A stretch of 64,000 nucleotides of DNA from Spirochaetia bacterium (lineage in GTDB: Bacteria > Spirochaetota > Spirochaetia > SZUA-6 > Bin103). Made by a program: the position numbers and the translations under genes. The notes beneath the pieces are model-generated. The model saw nothing but the letters and a program-made list of their open reading frames with translations, was not told where the DNA came from and searched no databases. Below, one piece after another: positions 19,628-29,821 of the stretch. Position 1 is the first letter of the stretch; each line of letters starts with the position of its first letter. The stretch is from positions 320,001 to 384,000 of the forward strand of contig CBDBOV010000005.1 in assembly GCA_965208575.1 (NCBI GenBank). Reading direction: 5' to 3'.

Positions 19628-20673
19628 TACACACCGGCAACGGATGGGCGGTACTCCAGGCGGCTTGTGTGCCCAGAGCGCAGGAGCAGGCCCTTGTCGA
19701 CCAGCGCCTTGAGGTCACGCTGCAGCGTCCTGCGCGGAGTTCCCACACACAGCCCCTCGATCTCGACGATGGTGGTCCGGCCGCCCTCGAGCACGTGCCC
19801 CAGGATGAGTGCCTGGCGAGTCGTCAGGCCGTGCCGGCTGGTGAGCAGGTCGTGCCGGATGGCCAGTTCTCCTCGTCGCTTTACCTCCGAGAGCTGGGTA
19901 GCGAGCCCCTCGGTGAAGAATTCGATCCAACCGGTCATGTCCATGTTCGCTTGACGTACGCCCTGAAGCGCCCCGTAGAAAGCCAACCGGTCTCGGTCGT
20001 AGTACTCGCTGATGGTAAAGAGTCGCTTGAAGTCGTACCCGGCGCGGTAGAGGCACAGCGTCGACAAGAGCCGGGACGTGCGTCCGTTGCCATCGAGAAA
20101 CGGATGGATGTGCACTAACTGGAACTGAGCAATAGCACTAACGATGACGGGATGGATGTCCCGATGACCGTTCAACCATGCCACCAGGGCGCGCATGAGG
20201 TCCGGCACCTCGCCGGCCGGTGGAGGCGTGTAGATCGTTTCACCGGTGGCCGAATTCACTACGTAGTTCTGCAATCGCCGGTACTCCCCCGGCGCAGCCG
20301 CCCCGCCGCGAACGCCGTCTACCAGTTGCCGGTGGATCTCGCGTATGAGTCGCTCCGTGATCGGTGTTCCTTCATTGAAATAAGTGCTCACAAACTCGAA
20401 TGCACGGCGATAGTTCAACAACTCGCGTGCGTCGTCCGGATCGGCACCGGGAACTTCTTCTCCTCCCAGTACCCGTGCAGCTTCGTCGAGCGTGAGTCGA
20501 GTGCCCTCGATGTGTGTCGTGTGGTGCGCTTCGAGCAGGAAGGCTCGCGAGCGCATCGCGGCGACCCAATCCTCCGAGAGCGTGGCCGCTTCCAGGAATC
20601 CGCGAGCCCGCTCGACCTGCGTGAGAGCTGAGGCAACGGCGTTGGTTATGGAGAATCGCGGAGTGAATGTCAC
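19627..20673 (-). CDS. Fic family protein with C-terminal HTH
   Basis: [12 protein letters not shown] Fic motif; [12 protein letters not shown] DeoR-like HTH. Confidence 0.95.
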   Translation of the reverse strand: MTFTPRFSITNAVASALTQVERARGFLEAATLSEDWVAAMRSRAFLLEAHHTTHIEGTRLTLDEAARVLGGEEVPGADPDDARELLNYRRAFEFVSTYFNEGTPITERLIREIHRQLVDGVRGGAAAPGEYRRLQNYVVNSATGETIYTPPPAGEVPDLMRALVAWLNGHRDIHPVIVSAIAQFQLVHIHPFLDGNGRTSRLLSTLCLYRAGYDFKRLFTISEYYDRDRLAFYGALQGVRQANMDMTGWIEFFTEGLATQLSEVKRRGELAIRHDLLTSRHGLTTRQALILGHVLEGGRTTIVEIEGLCVGTPRRTLQRDLKALVDKGLLLRSGHTSRLEYRPSVAGV

Positions 20674-20693
20674 GTCATCCTACTTCGACAGGG

Positions 20694-21605
20694 TCAGTCG
20701 AAGCGCCCGGCGCCGCCGCGCAGGCGGGGGTCGAGCAGGTCGCGCAGGGCGTCGCCGAAGATGTTGATCGCGAACACCACGAACGCCAGGCACAGTCCCG
20801 GCCACAGCGCCAGCGCCGGCGCGATCTCCATGTACTTGCGGCCCTCCGCGCTCAGCATGCCGCCCCAGGTCGGCTGCGGCGGCGGAATCCCGAACCCCAG
20901 GAAGCTCACCGTCGCCTCGCCGATGATCGCCGAGCCGAGCGTGACGGTGAACAGGATGATGTTGGGGGCGATGGTCTGCGGCAGCACGTGCTGCGCGAGG
21001 ATGCGTAGCGGCCGGGCGCCGGTGGCGCGCGCCGCCTCCACGTAGGCGTGTTCCCGGACGCTCAGCACCACGCTGCGGATGGTGCGCACGTTGGCGATGC
21101 CCCACGGCACGCCGATCACCACCGCGATCGACAGGATGCTCGGACCCAGCAGCAGCATCGCGGTCAGCACCAGGAACAGCCACGGGAAGCTCATCACCGC
21201 GTCCACGAAACGCTGCAGCACGAGGTCGAACGTGCCGCCCCAGTAGCCGGAGACCACGCCGAGCAGGGTGGCGGTGAGGACCGTGAACGCGCTCGCCAGC
21301 AGGCCGACGACCATCGAAATGCGGGCGCCGTGGATGATGCGGCTCAGCGAGTCGCGCCCGAACTGGTCGGTGCCGAGCCAGAACTCGGCGGACGGCCCCT
21401 CCAGGCGGCGCGGGACGTCCTGGTCGGCGTAGTCGTACGGGGCCAACTGGTCGGCGAACACCCCGACGAGGAAGAACACCAGCACCACGATCATGCCGGC
21501 GGCGCCGTGCGGTTTCTCCTTGAACAATCTCCGGAACAGGACGGCTATTCCCCGTCGCGCCGCGGCCGCCGTGACCGCCTGTTCGGGCTCGTAGGTTGAA
21601 GCCAT
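20694..21605 (-). CDS. DppC/OppC-like permease
   Basis: MASTYEPEQ...LGTDQFGRD...GDALRDLLDPR; start overlaps the DppB stop. Confidence 0.93.
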   Translation of the reverse strand: MASTYEPEQAVTAAAARRGIAVLFRRLFKEKPHGAAGMIVVLVFFLVGVFADQLAPYDYADQDVPRRLEGPSAEFWLGTDQFGRDSLSRIIHGARISMVVGLLASAFTVLTATLLGVVSGYWGGTFDLVLQRFVDAVMSFPWLFLVLTAMLLLGPSILSIAVVIGVPWGIANVRTIRSVVLSVREHAYVEAARATGARPLRILAQHVLPQTIAPNIILFTVTLGSAIIGEATVSFLGFGIPPPQPTWGGMLSAEGRKYMEIAPALALWPGLCLAFVVFAINIFGDALRDLLDPRLRGGAGRFD

Positions 21606-22561
21606 TACTGGTAGCGGATGCGCGGGTCGAGCCACGCGTAGCTGATGTCGATGACGAGGTTCACGAACAGTACGAAGGTGGCGGCGATCAGGTTCAGGCC
21701 CGACACGATCGCGTAGTCGCGCTTCTCCATGGCCTGCACCATGATGCCGCCGACGCCCGGCAGGTTGAAGATCGACTCCACCACCACCGCGCCGCCCACC
21801 AGCACGGGAAGCTGCAGGCCGACCATGGTGAGCACCGGAATGAGCGCGTTCTTGAGCGCGTGGCGCACGATCACCAGCCGCTCGCGCAGCCCCTTCGCCC
21901 AGGCGGTCCTGATGTAGTCCTGGCGCAGCACCTCCAGCATCATGTTGCGGGTCAGCCGCATGGTGATTCCGGACAGCCACATGCCCAGGATGAACGCCGG
22001 GATCACCACCATGATGGTGTGCGCGACCGGATTGGCGTAGAACGGGATCCAACTCAGGCGCGGCGCCCATCCCCACCAGATCGGCGGATAGATCAGCACC
22101 ATGGTGCCGATCCAGAAGCTCGGCACGCAGATGAAGGCTATGGCGATGGCGCGCAGCACGTGGTCGGCGGCGCTTTCCGGCCGGATGCCGGAATAGATCG
22201 CCACCGGCAGCGCGATCAGCAGCGAAAACACCAGGGCCAGCGAGCCCACCTCCAGGGACACCGGCAGCCCGATCACGATCTGCTCCGTGACCGGCAGCTT
22301 GGACCAGAACGACGTGCCCAGGTCGCCGCGCAGCACGCCGGACATCCAGCGCGCGTACTGGACGTGGATCGGCAGATCCAGCCCGAGTTCGCGGCGCAGC
22401 ACGATGCGCGGATCCTCGTCGCCGGTCTTGTATGGGGTGAGCGTCACCATGATGTCCACCGCGTCGCCGGGAACGAAGCGCAGCCCGGCGAACACGATCA
22501 GGGTGATGATCAGCAGGGTGGGGATGATCAGCAGCAACCGCCGCAGGATGTACGCGTGCAT
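21605..22561 (-). CDS. DppB/OppB-like permease
   Basis: MHAYILRRLL...QDYIRTAWAKGL. Confidence 0.95.
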   Translation of the reverse strand: MHAYILRRLLLIIPTLLIITLIVFAGLRFVPGDAVDIMVTLTPYKTGDEDPRIVLRRELGLDLPIHVQYARWMSGVLRGDLGTSFWSKLPVTEQIVIGLPVSLEVGSLALVFSLLIALPVAIYSGIRPESAADHVLRAIAIAFICVPSFWIGTMVLIYPPIWWGWAPRLSWIPFYANPVAHTIMVVIPAFILGMWLSGITMRLTRNMMLEVLRQDYIRTAWAKGLRERLVIVRHALKNALIPVLTMVGLQLPVLVGGAVVVESIFNLPGVGGIMVQAMEKRDYAIVSGLNLIAATFVLFVNLVIDISYAWLDPRIRYQ

Positions 22562-22625
22562 GACTACCAGACACAAGAGGCCGGGCCGAATCGGCCCAGC
22601 CTCTTGTTATTCGCACAAACGGGTG

Positions 22626-24452
22626 TCAGTCGTTGCAGGCGCGTCCGGTGCTCGACAGCTTGGCGCCGCAGTCCACCCACCACCACTTGCTGATGTTGGC
22701 CTGCGAGATCAGGTCGCCGACGGCGCCGCCGAAGCCCTTCACCCACGGCTGCCAGTAGATGTGCTGTTCCACCGTGACGCCCGCGATGTGCCACGCTTCC
22801 TCCAGGGTATGCAGGTACAGCTCGGTCCACAACTCGCGGTAGGTCGCGGGGTCTGCCGCTGTCTTGGCGGCATCGATCAGCTCCATCTGCCGCTCCGCCG
22901 CCGCCCGGTTCTCCGGCGTGACGTTGTCACCGAGCGGGTTGCCGTACCACACCAGCGACGCGCGCGGGTCGTGGTGGAAGTTCATCGTGCCCATCAGGCC
23001 GATCTGCGGCGCTCCGGCGTCGATGAAGGTGAGCCCGGTGAAGCGCGGGTCGGGGTCGGGCCCGAGCGAGGCGGAGTAGTAGGCCGCCGACTCCATCAGG
23101 TCGAGCTCCGCGTTGATGCCCACTTCGCGCAGGTAGCCGGCGAACAGCTCCACGTCCTCCGACACCGAGTGCATCGCCAGGATGGTGGTGTCGAAGCCGT
23201 CCGGGTAGCCGGCCTCGGCCAGCAGTGCGCGCGCCTTGTCCGGGTGGTACTCGTACAGCTCCGCCAGGTCGTCGCGGCCCATCGCCTTCAGTTCGTCGGG
23301 GCCGATGTAGTTGTCGCCGTGCAGCGACTGCGCGGGGTAACCGCCGGGATAGGCGAGCCCGTAGTAGAACGAGTCCACCATCTCCTGGTGGTTGACCGCC
23401 AGCATCGCCGCGTGGCGCACGCGCTTGTCGGCCCACGGCGAATCGGCGATGTTGAGATTCACGTTGAAGCCGCGCAGCAGCGCCCCCTGCGGGACGTGTC
23501 CCAACTCGGGGTTGGTGCGCTCCAACGACGACACGTCCTCCGGCTGCAGGCCGTGAAACCCGAACACGTCGAGCTGGCCGCTGCGCAGCGCCGCAATGGT
23601 GATCGCCGGGTCGTCAGCGGTCGGAGTCATCGTCTTGGTGTCCAGGTAGGGCACGCTGTTTTCCGGAACGAATGGGTCGACGTCCCAATAGGTGGGGTTC
23701 TTCTTCAGCTTGGTGGTCACGCCGGGCACGTGGTCGGTCGGGATCCACGGACCGGTGCCGAGCGCATCCTGCCAGTCGCTGGGATTGACGCCCTCGGTGT
23801 TGTGCATCGCCGGATGCGACCAGCTTATGCGGCTCAGGGTGACGACGAACCAACTGGTGGCGTCCGGCTCCGGGAACTTGACGTCGATCACCCAGGGATC
23901 GTCCGCACGCACGCTCCACTGCCAATCCCGGTCGGCCGCGGCGGCGCCCACGACCGCCGCGTCGGCGTTCCAGCGGTCCACCAGGTCCTGAGCGGTCACC
24001 TCCTTGCCGTAGTATTCGGCCAGCGCCGGGTTGGGGCGTGCCACGTCCTCGGCCCGCCACCAGTGCACACCCTGGCGGACGCGGAACACGGCGCTCTCGA
24101 TATCCGGGAACTCCCACGATGCGAGCAACTGCGGCATCTGCTTCTTGATGTCGATGAACCAGAAGTTGGGGTAGGCTTCCTCGCCGGTGCCGCGCGGGCC
24201 CTTCAGATAGTCGACCACGTAGGCAAGGTCGTAGAACGAGCCGAATGCCACGCTGTCGCGGGCGCCGTCGATCGGATCGAGCGGCGAGGCGCCCTGGCGC
24301 TGCGCCATGTTCAGGTTGCCGCCGTACACCGGTACGGTGTCGATGTCCGACGCGGCGGCGGCCTCCGCTTCGCCCGTTGCCCACAGCGTGCCCGCTGCCA
24401 ACGGAATGACGAGCAGCGCAAGGAACGCCGCTCTGATCGAGCAGTGACTCAT
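22626..24452 (-). CDS. ABC substrate-binding protein family 5 (SBP4, divergent, high GC)
   Basis: TLWATGEAE signal, PVYGG, LGTGPW, NPTYW, DKRVRHA; AAGGAGGT RBS. Confidence 0.93.
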   Translation of the reverse strand: MSHCSIRAAFLALLVIPLAAGTLWATGEAEAAAASDIDTVPVYGGNLNMAQRQGASPLDPIDGARDSVAFGSFYDLAYVVDYLKGPRGTGEEAYPNFWFIDIKKQMPQLLASWEFPDIESAVFRVRQGVHWWRAEDVARPNPALAEYYGKEVTAQDLVDRWNADAAVVGAAAADRDWQWSVRADDPWVIDVKFPEPDATSWFVVTLSRISWSHPAMHNTEGVNPSDWQDALGTGPWIPTDHVPGVTTKLKKNPTYWDVDPFVPENSVPYLDTKTMTPTADDPAITIAALRSGQLDVFGFHGLQPEDVSSLERTNPELGHVPQGALLRGFNVNLNIADSPWADKRVRHAAMLAVNHQEMVDSFYYGLAYPGGYPAQSLHGDNYIGPDELKAMGRDDLAELYEYHPDKARALLAEAGYPDGFDTTILAMHSVSEDVELFAGYLREVGINAELDLMESAAYYSASLGPDPDPRFTGLTFIDAGAPQIGLMGTMNFHHDPRASLVWYGNPLGDNVTPENRAAAERQMELIDAAKTAADPATYRELWTELYLHTLEEAWHIAGVTVEQHIYWQPWVKGFGGAVGDLISQANISKWWWVDCGAKLSSTGRACND

Positions 24453-24592
24453 GTTCACTACCTCCTTGAGTCGATGAATGGACCGCGCGAACTCGCGCGG
24501 CATGAGCCCATCTTACTGCTCCGGCGCCTCCTGTCAACGAACGAGCCCGCAATCGCCGCCTACACCAGAAGCCTGTCGAACCCGGCAGACTC

Positions 24593-25615
24593 CTAGTGCG
24601 GGGTGACGGCGACGCTGCGGATCTGGCCGAACTCCTTGTCCAGCTTGCGCCAGGAGTCGCCGTTGTCGTCGCTCGCGTATACCTGGCCGAGGAGGCTGAA
24701 GCCCACCACCACGCCGGGCAGGTCGCGGTGCATCGCCAGCCAGTACATCACCGAGTTGGGCTGCTCAGGCATCGACAGCGTCTCCCAGCTAGCGCCGCCG
24801 TCGCGGGTGCGGCGCACCGCGCCGGTGGTGCCGGGGATGCTGTTGCCGGTGCCCACGAACATCATGTCCGGATCGTTCGGGTTGATGATCATGCAGCGGC
24901 AGTAGGAGTGCCCGGACTGGTCGTCGAGCGGCGCGAACTGGTGCACGCGCCAACTGCCGCCGTCGTCGGTGCTGGTGGCGAATCCCATCGGGCTGGTGGT
25001 GTGGACGATGGCGCGGGCGCCGTTGCGGATGCCCATGCCGTGCACGTCGTTGTAGAACAGTTCCGGTCCCACCGCCGCGCGGCGCCCCCAGGTGTCGCCG
25101 CCGTCCTGGCTGCGGTGCACGCCGTCCACCTCCACGCCCGCCCACACGGTACGGTGGTCGCGCGGGTCCACCACGATGACGGTGGTGCGCGGCGGCCACA
25201 GCGGCGCATCGCGGTCGGTAAAGGTCAGCCTGTCCCACGTGGCGCCGCCGTCGCGGGTGCGGAACCCGTCCGGCCGCGTGCCGACGTAGATGGTTTCGGT
25301 ATCCTCCGGGTCGATCGCCAGCGACCAGATCTCCACTGGGGCGCGCGCGCTCTCGAACCCCTCGGCCGCCGACGGTACCGGCTGCCAGATCTGGCCGTTG
25401 TCGTCGCTGCGGTACAGACCCCAGACGTCGGTGCCGGCCAGCAGCCGGTGCGGATTGTCCGGGTAAACGGCGAGCGCGCGCACGTTGCCCTCCAGGCCGC
25501 CCACCGCGCTCGGCGGCGGCTCGCTGCTCGCCGCCCCCGCCCAACTGCCGCCGCCGTCGCGGCTGATGTGCAGCCCGAAGCCCACCGTGCCGATGAAGAT
25601 CGAATAGTCTCCCAC
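24593..25615 (-). CDS. BNR/Asp-box beta-propeller protein
   Basis: Repeated S-x-D-x-G-x-(S/T)-W boxes. Confidence 0.85.
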   Translation of the reverse strand: MGDYSIFIGTVGFGLHISRDGGGSWAGAASSEPPPSAVGGLEGNVRALAVYPDNPHRLLAGTDVWGLYRSDDNGQIWQPVPSAAEGFESARAPVEIWSLAIDPEDTETIYVGTRPDGFRTRDGGATWDRLTFTDRDAPLWPPRTTVIVVDPRDHRTVWAGVEVDGVHRSQDGGDTWGRRAAVGPELFYNDVHGMGIRNGARAIVHTTSPMGFATSTDDGGSWRVHQFAPLDDQSGHSYCRCMIINPNDPDMMFVGTGNSIPGTTGAVRRTRDGGASWETLSMPEQPNSVMYWLAMHRDLPGVVVGFSLLGQVYASDDNGDSWRKLDKEFGQIRSVAVTPH

Positions 25616-25757
25616 CTGTTCCTCCTGGCGCGCAGTATCGCACCGTGCGACCGCGCGTCACAAGCCGCCCGCCCGCGCACCGCTCGCTGCCGCCCGCCCG
25701 TCACAAGCTGCCCACCGCCCGTTCATGCTCGCCCGGCCCGGCTCGGGCCCGCTCGGC

Positions 25758-26687
25758 TCAGCCGGATGCAGAGACTTCCGTGATCAGGTGCTTGATCCGC
25801 TTCAGGCTGCGCGCGTCGTCGGTGAGCTGGTCGCCGGCGATCATGCCCTCCACCCCGAAGCAGCCGTCGTAGCCGGCGGCGAGCATGGCGGCGACCGCGA
25901 ACCGGTAGTTGATCTCGCCGTCCGGAATCGGGCGGCGCAGGTAGAAGGCGCGCTGCATGCCGGCCAGGGGCACCCGCACCAGGTTCTTCATGTGCCAGTA
26001 ATTGGCGTGCGGCGCCAGGGCCAGGATGGCGTCCTCGCAGCTCTCCTCCGGGGTCTCGTAGGTCCAGTAGACGTTGCCCAGGTCGGGGTTGGCGCCGACG
26101 TTAGGCCGGTCGATCAGCTCCAGCAGGTGAATCATCGACCAACTGTTGTCGCACAGCGTGTTCTGGTGCAGCTCGATGCTGATCGACACGCCCAGTCCGG
26201 CGGCGCGGTCCGCGGCCGCGGCGATCCCCTCCGCGTTGATGCGGTAGTCCGATTCGCTCGCGTCGCGGCTGGAGTTCTGCGACACCAGTTCGCCAACGCC
26301 GCTGACTGCCCCGGGCAACTCGGGCACCATCGGCGCGTTGATCAGCGTGTTGAGGACCCCGGCGCCGATGCGCGCCGCCAGGTCGACGCCGCGCTCCAGG
26401 CGGGCACGGTTGTGCGCGCCGACCCGCGGATTGTGCAGGCCGCCGCCGCCGCGGATGCCGAGGCACGGCAGGCCGGCGTCGCGCAGCTCCCGGCCCAGGT
26501 CGTCCACCTCGGCGTCGCCGCGGTCGGCCAGGTCTTCGAGGCCCAGTTCCAGCCCCTCGAAGCCGATCTCCCGGACCTTGCGCAGCCACCCGGCGCGCAC
26601 CTCCGGCGGCGGCAAATGGACCGGAAACGCCTTCTCCTGGTGGAACGGATAGAACGTGCGCCCGCGAAACGCATAGATCAGTTTCAT
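25758..26687 (-). CDS. Sugar phosphate isomerase/epimerase family (xylose isomerase-like TIM barrel)
   Basis: GFEGLEL, IELH, NPDLGN, HMKN, GYDG motifs. Confidence 0.88.
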   Translation of the reverse strand: MKLIYAFRGRTFYPFHQEKAFPVHLPPPEVRAGWLRKVREIGFEGLELGLEDLADRGDAEVDDLGRELRDAGLPCLGIRGGGGLHNPRVGAHNRARLERGVDLAARIGAGVLNTLINAPMVPELPGAVSGVGELVSQNSSRDASESDYRINAEGIAAAADRAAGLGVSISIELHQNTLCDNSWSMIHLLELIDRPNVGANPDLGNVYWTYETPEESCEDAILALAPHANYWHMKNLVRVPLAGMQRAFYLRRPIPDGEINYRFAVAAMLAAGYDGCFGVEGMIAGDQLTDDARSLKRIKHLITEVSASG

Positions 26688-27100
26688 GGCCCCATCATGG
26701 CAGATATGGCGGCTCGTGTGCGCAACCCCGGCTGCACTTGAGGTGCGACGCGGGTTCCGGCGCGGGCTGCTGGCGCCAACCACGGAACGGGTTGCCCGGT
26801 TCGGTTACCGGGAACGGGACGCGCGCGCCGCGGATACGCGCCAGCCGGGCGCGATCGCCATCTCCACCGGCACGCGGACCGCCTTGCCCATGCATGGCTC
26901 TCACTCCGGTTCCCTGCCGGCGGGCAGGTCGAGCGGCGAGCGCGCCATGCGGTGCCGGGCGTTCGCAGCGAGCAGCAGCGAGCAAGTCCCCGGTTGCCAA
27001 GTTCCGCCGTTTCGGAACAGGATGCGTGCACCTCCAGGCCCGACCGCGAAATGATTCAGCAGCCAACCAGGAAACAGACCGGCGCACCGCGAGGTACGCG

Positions 27101-27958
27101 ATGAAGGGTCGCCGTGTGCTGATCGCCGCGCTGGCCGCCGTCGTGGTGTCGGCGGTGGCGGCGGCGGTGTACGTGGCGGGCAACCCGGCGGATACCACCT
27201 ACGAGTTCGTGGTGCGCGACGCGGTGAGCGGGAACTGGGTGTGGGACGCCACCTTCCGGCTGCAGGGGCGGGTAATCCGGTCGCACTTCCAGAGCGACCG
27301 CGGCCCGCGGCCGCAGGTATTCACCCGGCTGCAGCCGGGTGAGGCGACGCTGAGGATTTCCGCCCCCTCCTACCAGGAGCAGACCATTCCGGTGACTCTG
27401 AAGCGCGGGGAGAACCGGCGCGCGGAGCCGGTGGAGCTGGTCGGCCGCGAGATCCCCGACCTGGCGAGCTGGATCATCTTCGAAGGATGGGAGGGCGGCG
27501 ACCTGGTCCAGGAGTTGCGCCCGGTCAGCTCGGCCGGTCCGGCGGTGATCAATCACCCGGTTCTGGACCTGTGGATCGGCGCGCGCGTCACGGTGCAGGT
27601 GAAAGACGGCGTGCCGGTGCGCGAGGAGACCGACACCGGCGCGGCCCGCGGCGAGGAGCTGTACCGCGGCAAGCTGCAGTGGACGTGGGACGCGGCTCCG
27701 GAGACCACCTTCCGCTACGGCGCCGCCATCCCCGGTGCCGAGATCAAGGCCAGTTCCGCCCCCTACTGGGTGATCGACTACCTGGTCGTGGTCCCCGACC
27801 CCGCGGCGGCCGATGCCGGCGACATCGACCGCCTCATGGAACAGGCGTGGCAGTTGCCGCCGGAGGAGATCGCCGCCCGGCTGGAGCAGCACCAGCAGGC
27901 GGGCACGCTGGCCGCCTACCAGTTCACCTCCTGGAACGTCGCGGGAGGGCGGCGATGA
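27101..27958 (+). CDS. Hypothetical membrane-anchored/exported protein
   Basis: N-terminal hydrophobic helix; VRDAVSG...ISAPSYQ prealbumin-like fold hint; overlaps the ATPase start. Confidence 0.7.
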   Translation: MKGRRVLIAALAAVVVSAVAAAVYVAGNPADTTYEFVVRDAVSGNWVWDATFRLQGRVIRSHFQSDRGPRPQVFTRLQPGEATLRISAPSYQEQTIPVTLKRGENRRAEPVELVGREIPDLASWIIFEGWEGGDLVQELRPVSSAGPAVINHPVLDLWIGARVTVQVKDGVPVREETDTGAARGEELYRGKLQWTWDAAPETTFRYGAAIPGAEIKASSAPYWVIDYLVVVPDPAAADAGDIDRLMEQAWQLPPEEIAARLEQHQQAGTLAAYQFTSWNVAGGRR

Positions 27959-28929
27959 TCCGCACCGAGCGTCTCGCCAAGCGCTACGGCTCGTTCACGG
28001 CGGTGGCGGGCATCGACCTGAACATCCCGGCCGGCGAGATCTACGGCTTCCTGGGGCCCAACGGCGCCGGCAAGACCTCCACCATCCTGATGCTGCTCGG
28101 CGTGGTGAAACCGACCGGCGGCGAGATCCGGCTGTTCGGCGAGCCCTACAGCGCGGCCCGGCTCGACCTCAGGCGGCGCATCGGCGTGGTGCCGGAGAAG
28201 CACCCGGCCGGCATGTGGAGCTGGATGACCGCCGGCGAGTACCTGCAGATGTTCGCCGAGTTGTTTCGCGTGCCGGCGGCCGGCCGCCGCATCGACCATC
28301 TCCTGGAGCGGGTCGGACTGGCGCAGGTGAAGCACAAGAAATTCGCCCAGTTCTCGCGCGGCATGCTGCAGAAGCTGTCGATCGTGCGCGCGCTGCTGCA
28401 CGACCCCGACATCCTGTTCCTGGACGAGCCGATCTCCGGGCTCGACCCATTCGGCGTCAAGCAGATCCGCGACCTGATCCTGGAGGAGCGCCGCGAGGGG
28501 CGCACCATATTCGTGTCGTCCCACCTGCTGTCGGAGATGGAGAAGGTGTGCGAGCGGGTGGCGATCATCTACCGCGGCCGGCTGCTGGCCGAGGACCGCA
28601 TGGAGCACCTGCTGTCGGCGCTGGCCAAGGACCGCGAGATCCACGTCGACCTGGAGCAGGTGCCGGCCGATCTGCCGGACCGGGTGGCGGCGCTCGACTT
28701 CGCGCGCGGGGCGCAGCGGCGCGGCAACACCCTGGTGGTCAAGGTCGCCAAGACCGGCGACAGCCGGCGCGCGCTCAGCCAGTACCTGATCGACCAGGGC
28801 CTGGTGCCGCTGGGCATCCGGGAGCAGAGCCTGAGCCTGGAGGAGGCGTTCGTGACCATCACCAGCGAGAACGTCGACCTGTTCGCCGGCATGGGCGGCG
28901 TGGCGCGGCCTCCCGAAGGCGAATCGTGA
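27955..28929 (+). CDS. ABC exporter ATP-binding protein
   Basis: GPNGAGKT, FSRGM, LFLDEP, SSH. Confidence 0.95.
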   Translation: MIRTERLAKRYGSFTAVAGIDLNIPAGEIYGFLGPNGAGKTSTILMLLGVVKPTGGEIRLFGEPYSAARLDLRRRIGVVPEKHPAGMWSWMTAGEYLQMFAELFRVPAAGRRIDHLLERVGLAQVKHKKFAQFSRGMLQKLSIVRALLHDPDILFLDEPISGLDPFGVKQIRDLILEERREGRTIFVSSHLLSEMEKVCERVAIIYRGRLLAEDRMEHLLSALAKDREIHVDLEQVPADLPDRVAALDFARGAQRRGNTLVVKVAKTGDSRRALSQYLIDQGLVPLGIREQSLSLEEAFVTITSENVDLFAGMGGVARPPEGES

Positions 28930-29795
28930 ACCAGCGCCCGCACGCCACCGCCGTGATCGCGCGGCGGCGCATCCTGGAGACCGTCATCTCGCCCGGCTAC
29001 TACGTCGCCCTGACCATCGGCCTGGTGCTGGCCCACCTGCTGGTCGCCGGCTTCGTGCGCACGGTCGATTCGAGCGGCGTCAACCTGACGCTGGTGCCCG
29101 CCTACGACCTGGTCGGCAGGGGCCTCGGCGGGGCGTTTGGAACCACCTTCACGGCCAAGCTGTTTGCCGAGGGGCCGTTCCTGTTCACGCTCTATGCCGC
29201 CTTCCTGCCGGTCCTGCTCTACCTGGCCGTGAGCTCGGTATTCCGCTTCGGCCTGGAGAAGAAGGTCGGCGCCCTGGAACTGCTCACCTACGGGCCGGCG
29301 GACGCCACCGCCTACTTCCTGGCGGCGCTGATCAAGGATCTGCTGATGACCGCCGTGTCGCTGGCGGTGCTGACCGGCTTCCTGCTGGCCGCCGCGGGAC
29401 TCAACAACCTGGTGCTCGGGGCCTCGTTCCTCCAACACCTGGCGATCCTGCTGTTCGTGGCCGGCGCATTCTACGGCTACGGCATCCTGGCCGCCTGCCT
29501 TACCGACAATTCCGCCTCCGCCGTCGCCCTGTTCCTGGGCGTGATCCTGGTGTTCGGGGCGGTGACGATCGGCTCGTTCGCCGTCATCGAGGGCTACGTG
29601 CGCAACCTGGCGAGCGTGTTCGCCTGGGCCGTCAAGTGGATCTCGCCGCTGTTCTACTGGGACCTGGCGCTGCGCTTCGCGGAGGTGGACAACTGGGGCA
29701 TGTACCTGGCCTGCGCCCTGCTGCTGGCGGTACTGGCGGCGGCGGTGCTGGTGGTCAGCCACCTGACCATGAAGGTGCGCGGGGTGCGTCCGTGA
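28926..29795 (+). CDS. ABC-2-type permease
   Basis: About six hydrophobic segments; EKKVGALELL motif; GTG overlapping the ATPase stop. Confidence 0.8.
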   Translation: MNQRPHATAVIARRRILETVISPGYYVALTIGLVLAHLLVAGFVRTVDSSGVNLTLVPAYDLVGRGLGGAFGTTFTAKLFAEGPFLFTLYAAFLPVLLYLAVSSVFRFGLEKKVGALELLTYGPADATAYFLAALIKDLLMTAVSLAVLTGFLLAAAGLNNLVLGASFLQHLAILLFVAGAFYGYGILAACLTDNSASAVALFLGVILVFGAVTIGSFAVIEGYVRNLASVFAWAVKWISPLFYWDLALRFAEVDNWGMYLACALLLAVLAAAVLVVSHLTMKVRGVRP

Positions 29796-29821
29796 CGCGC
29801 CGGCGGGAGGGAGCAAGCCGG

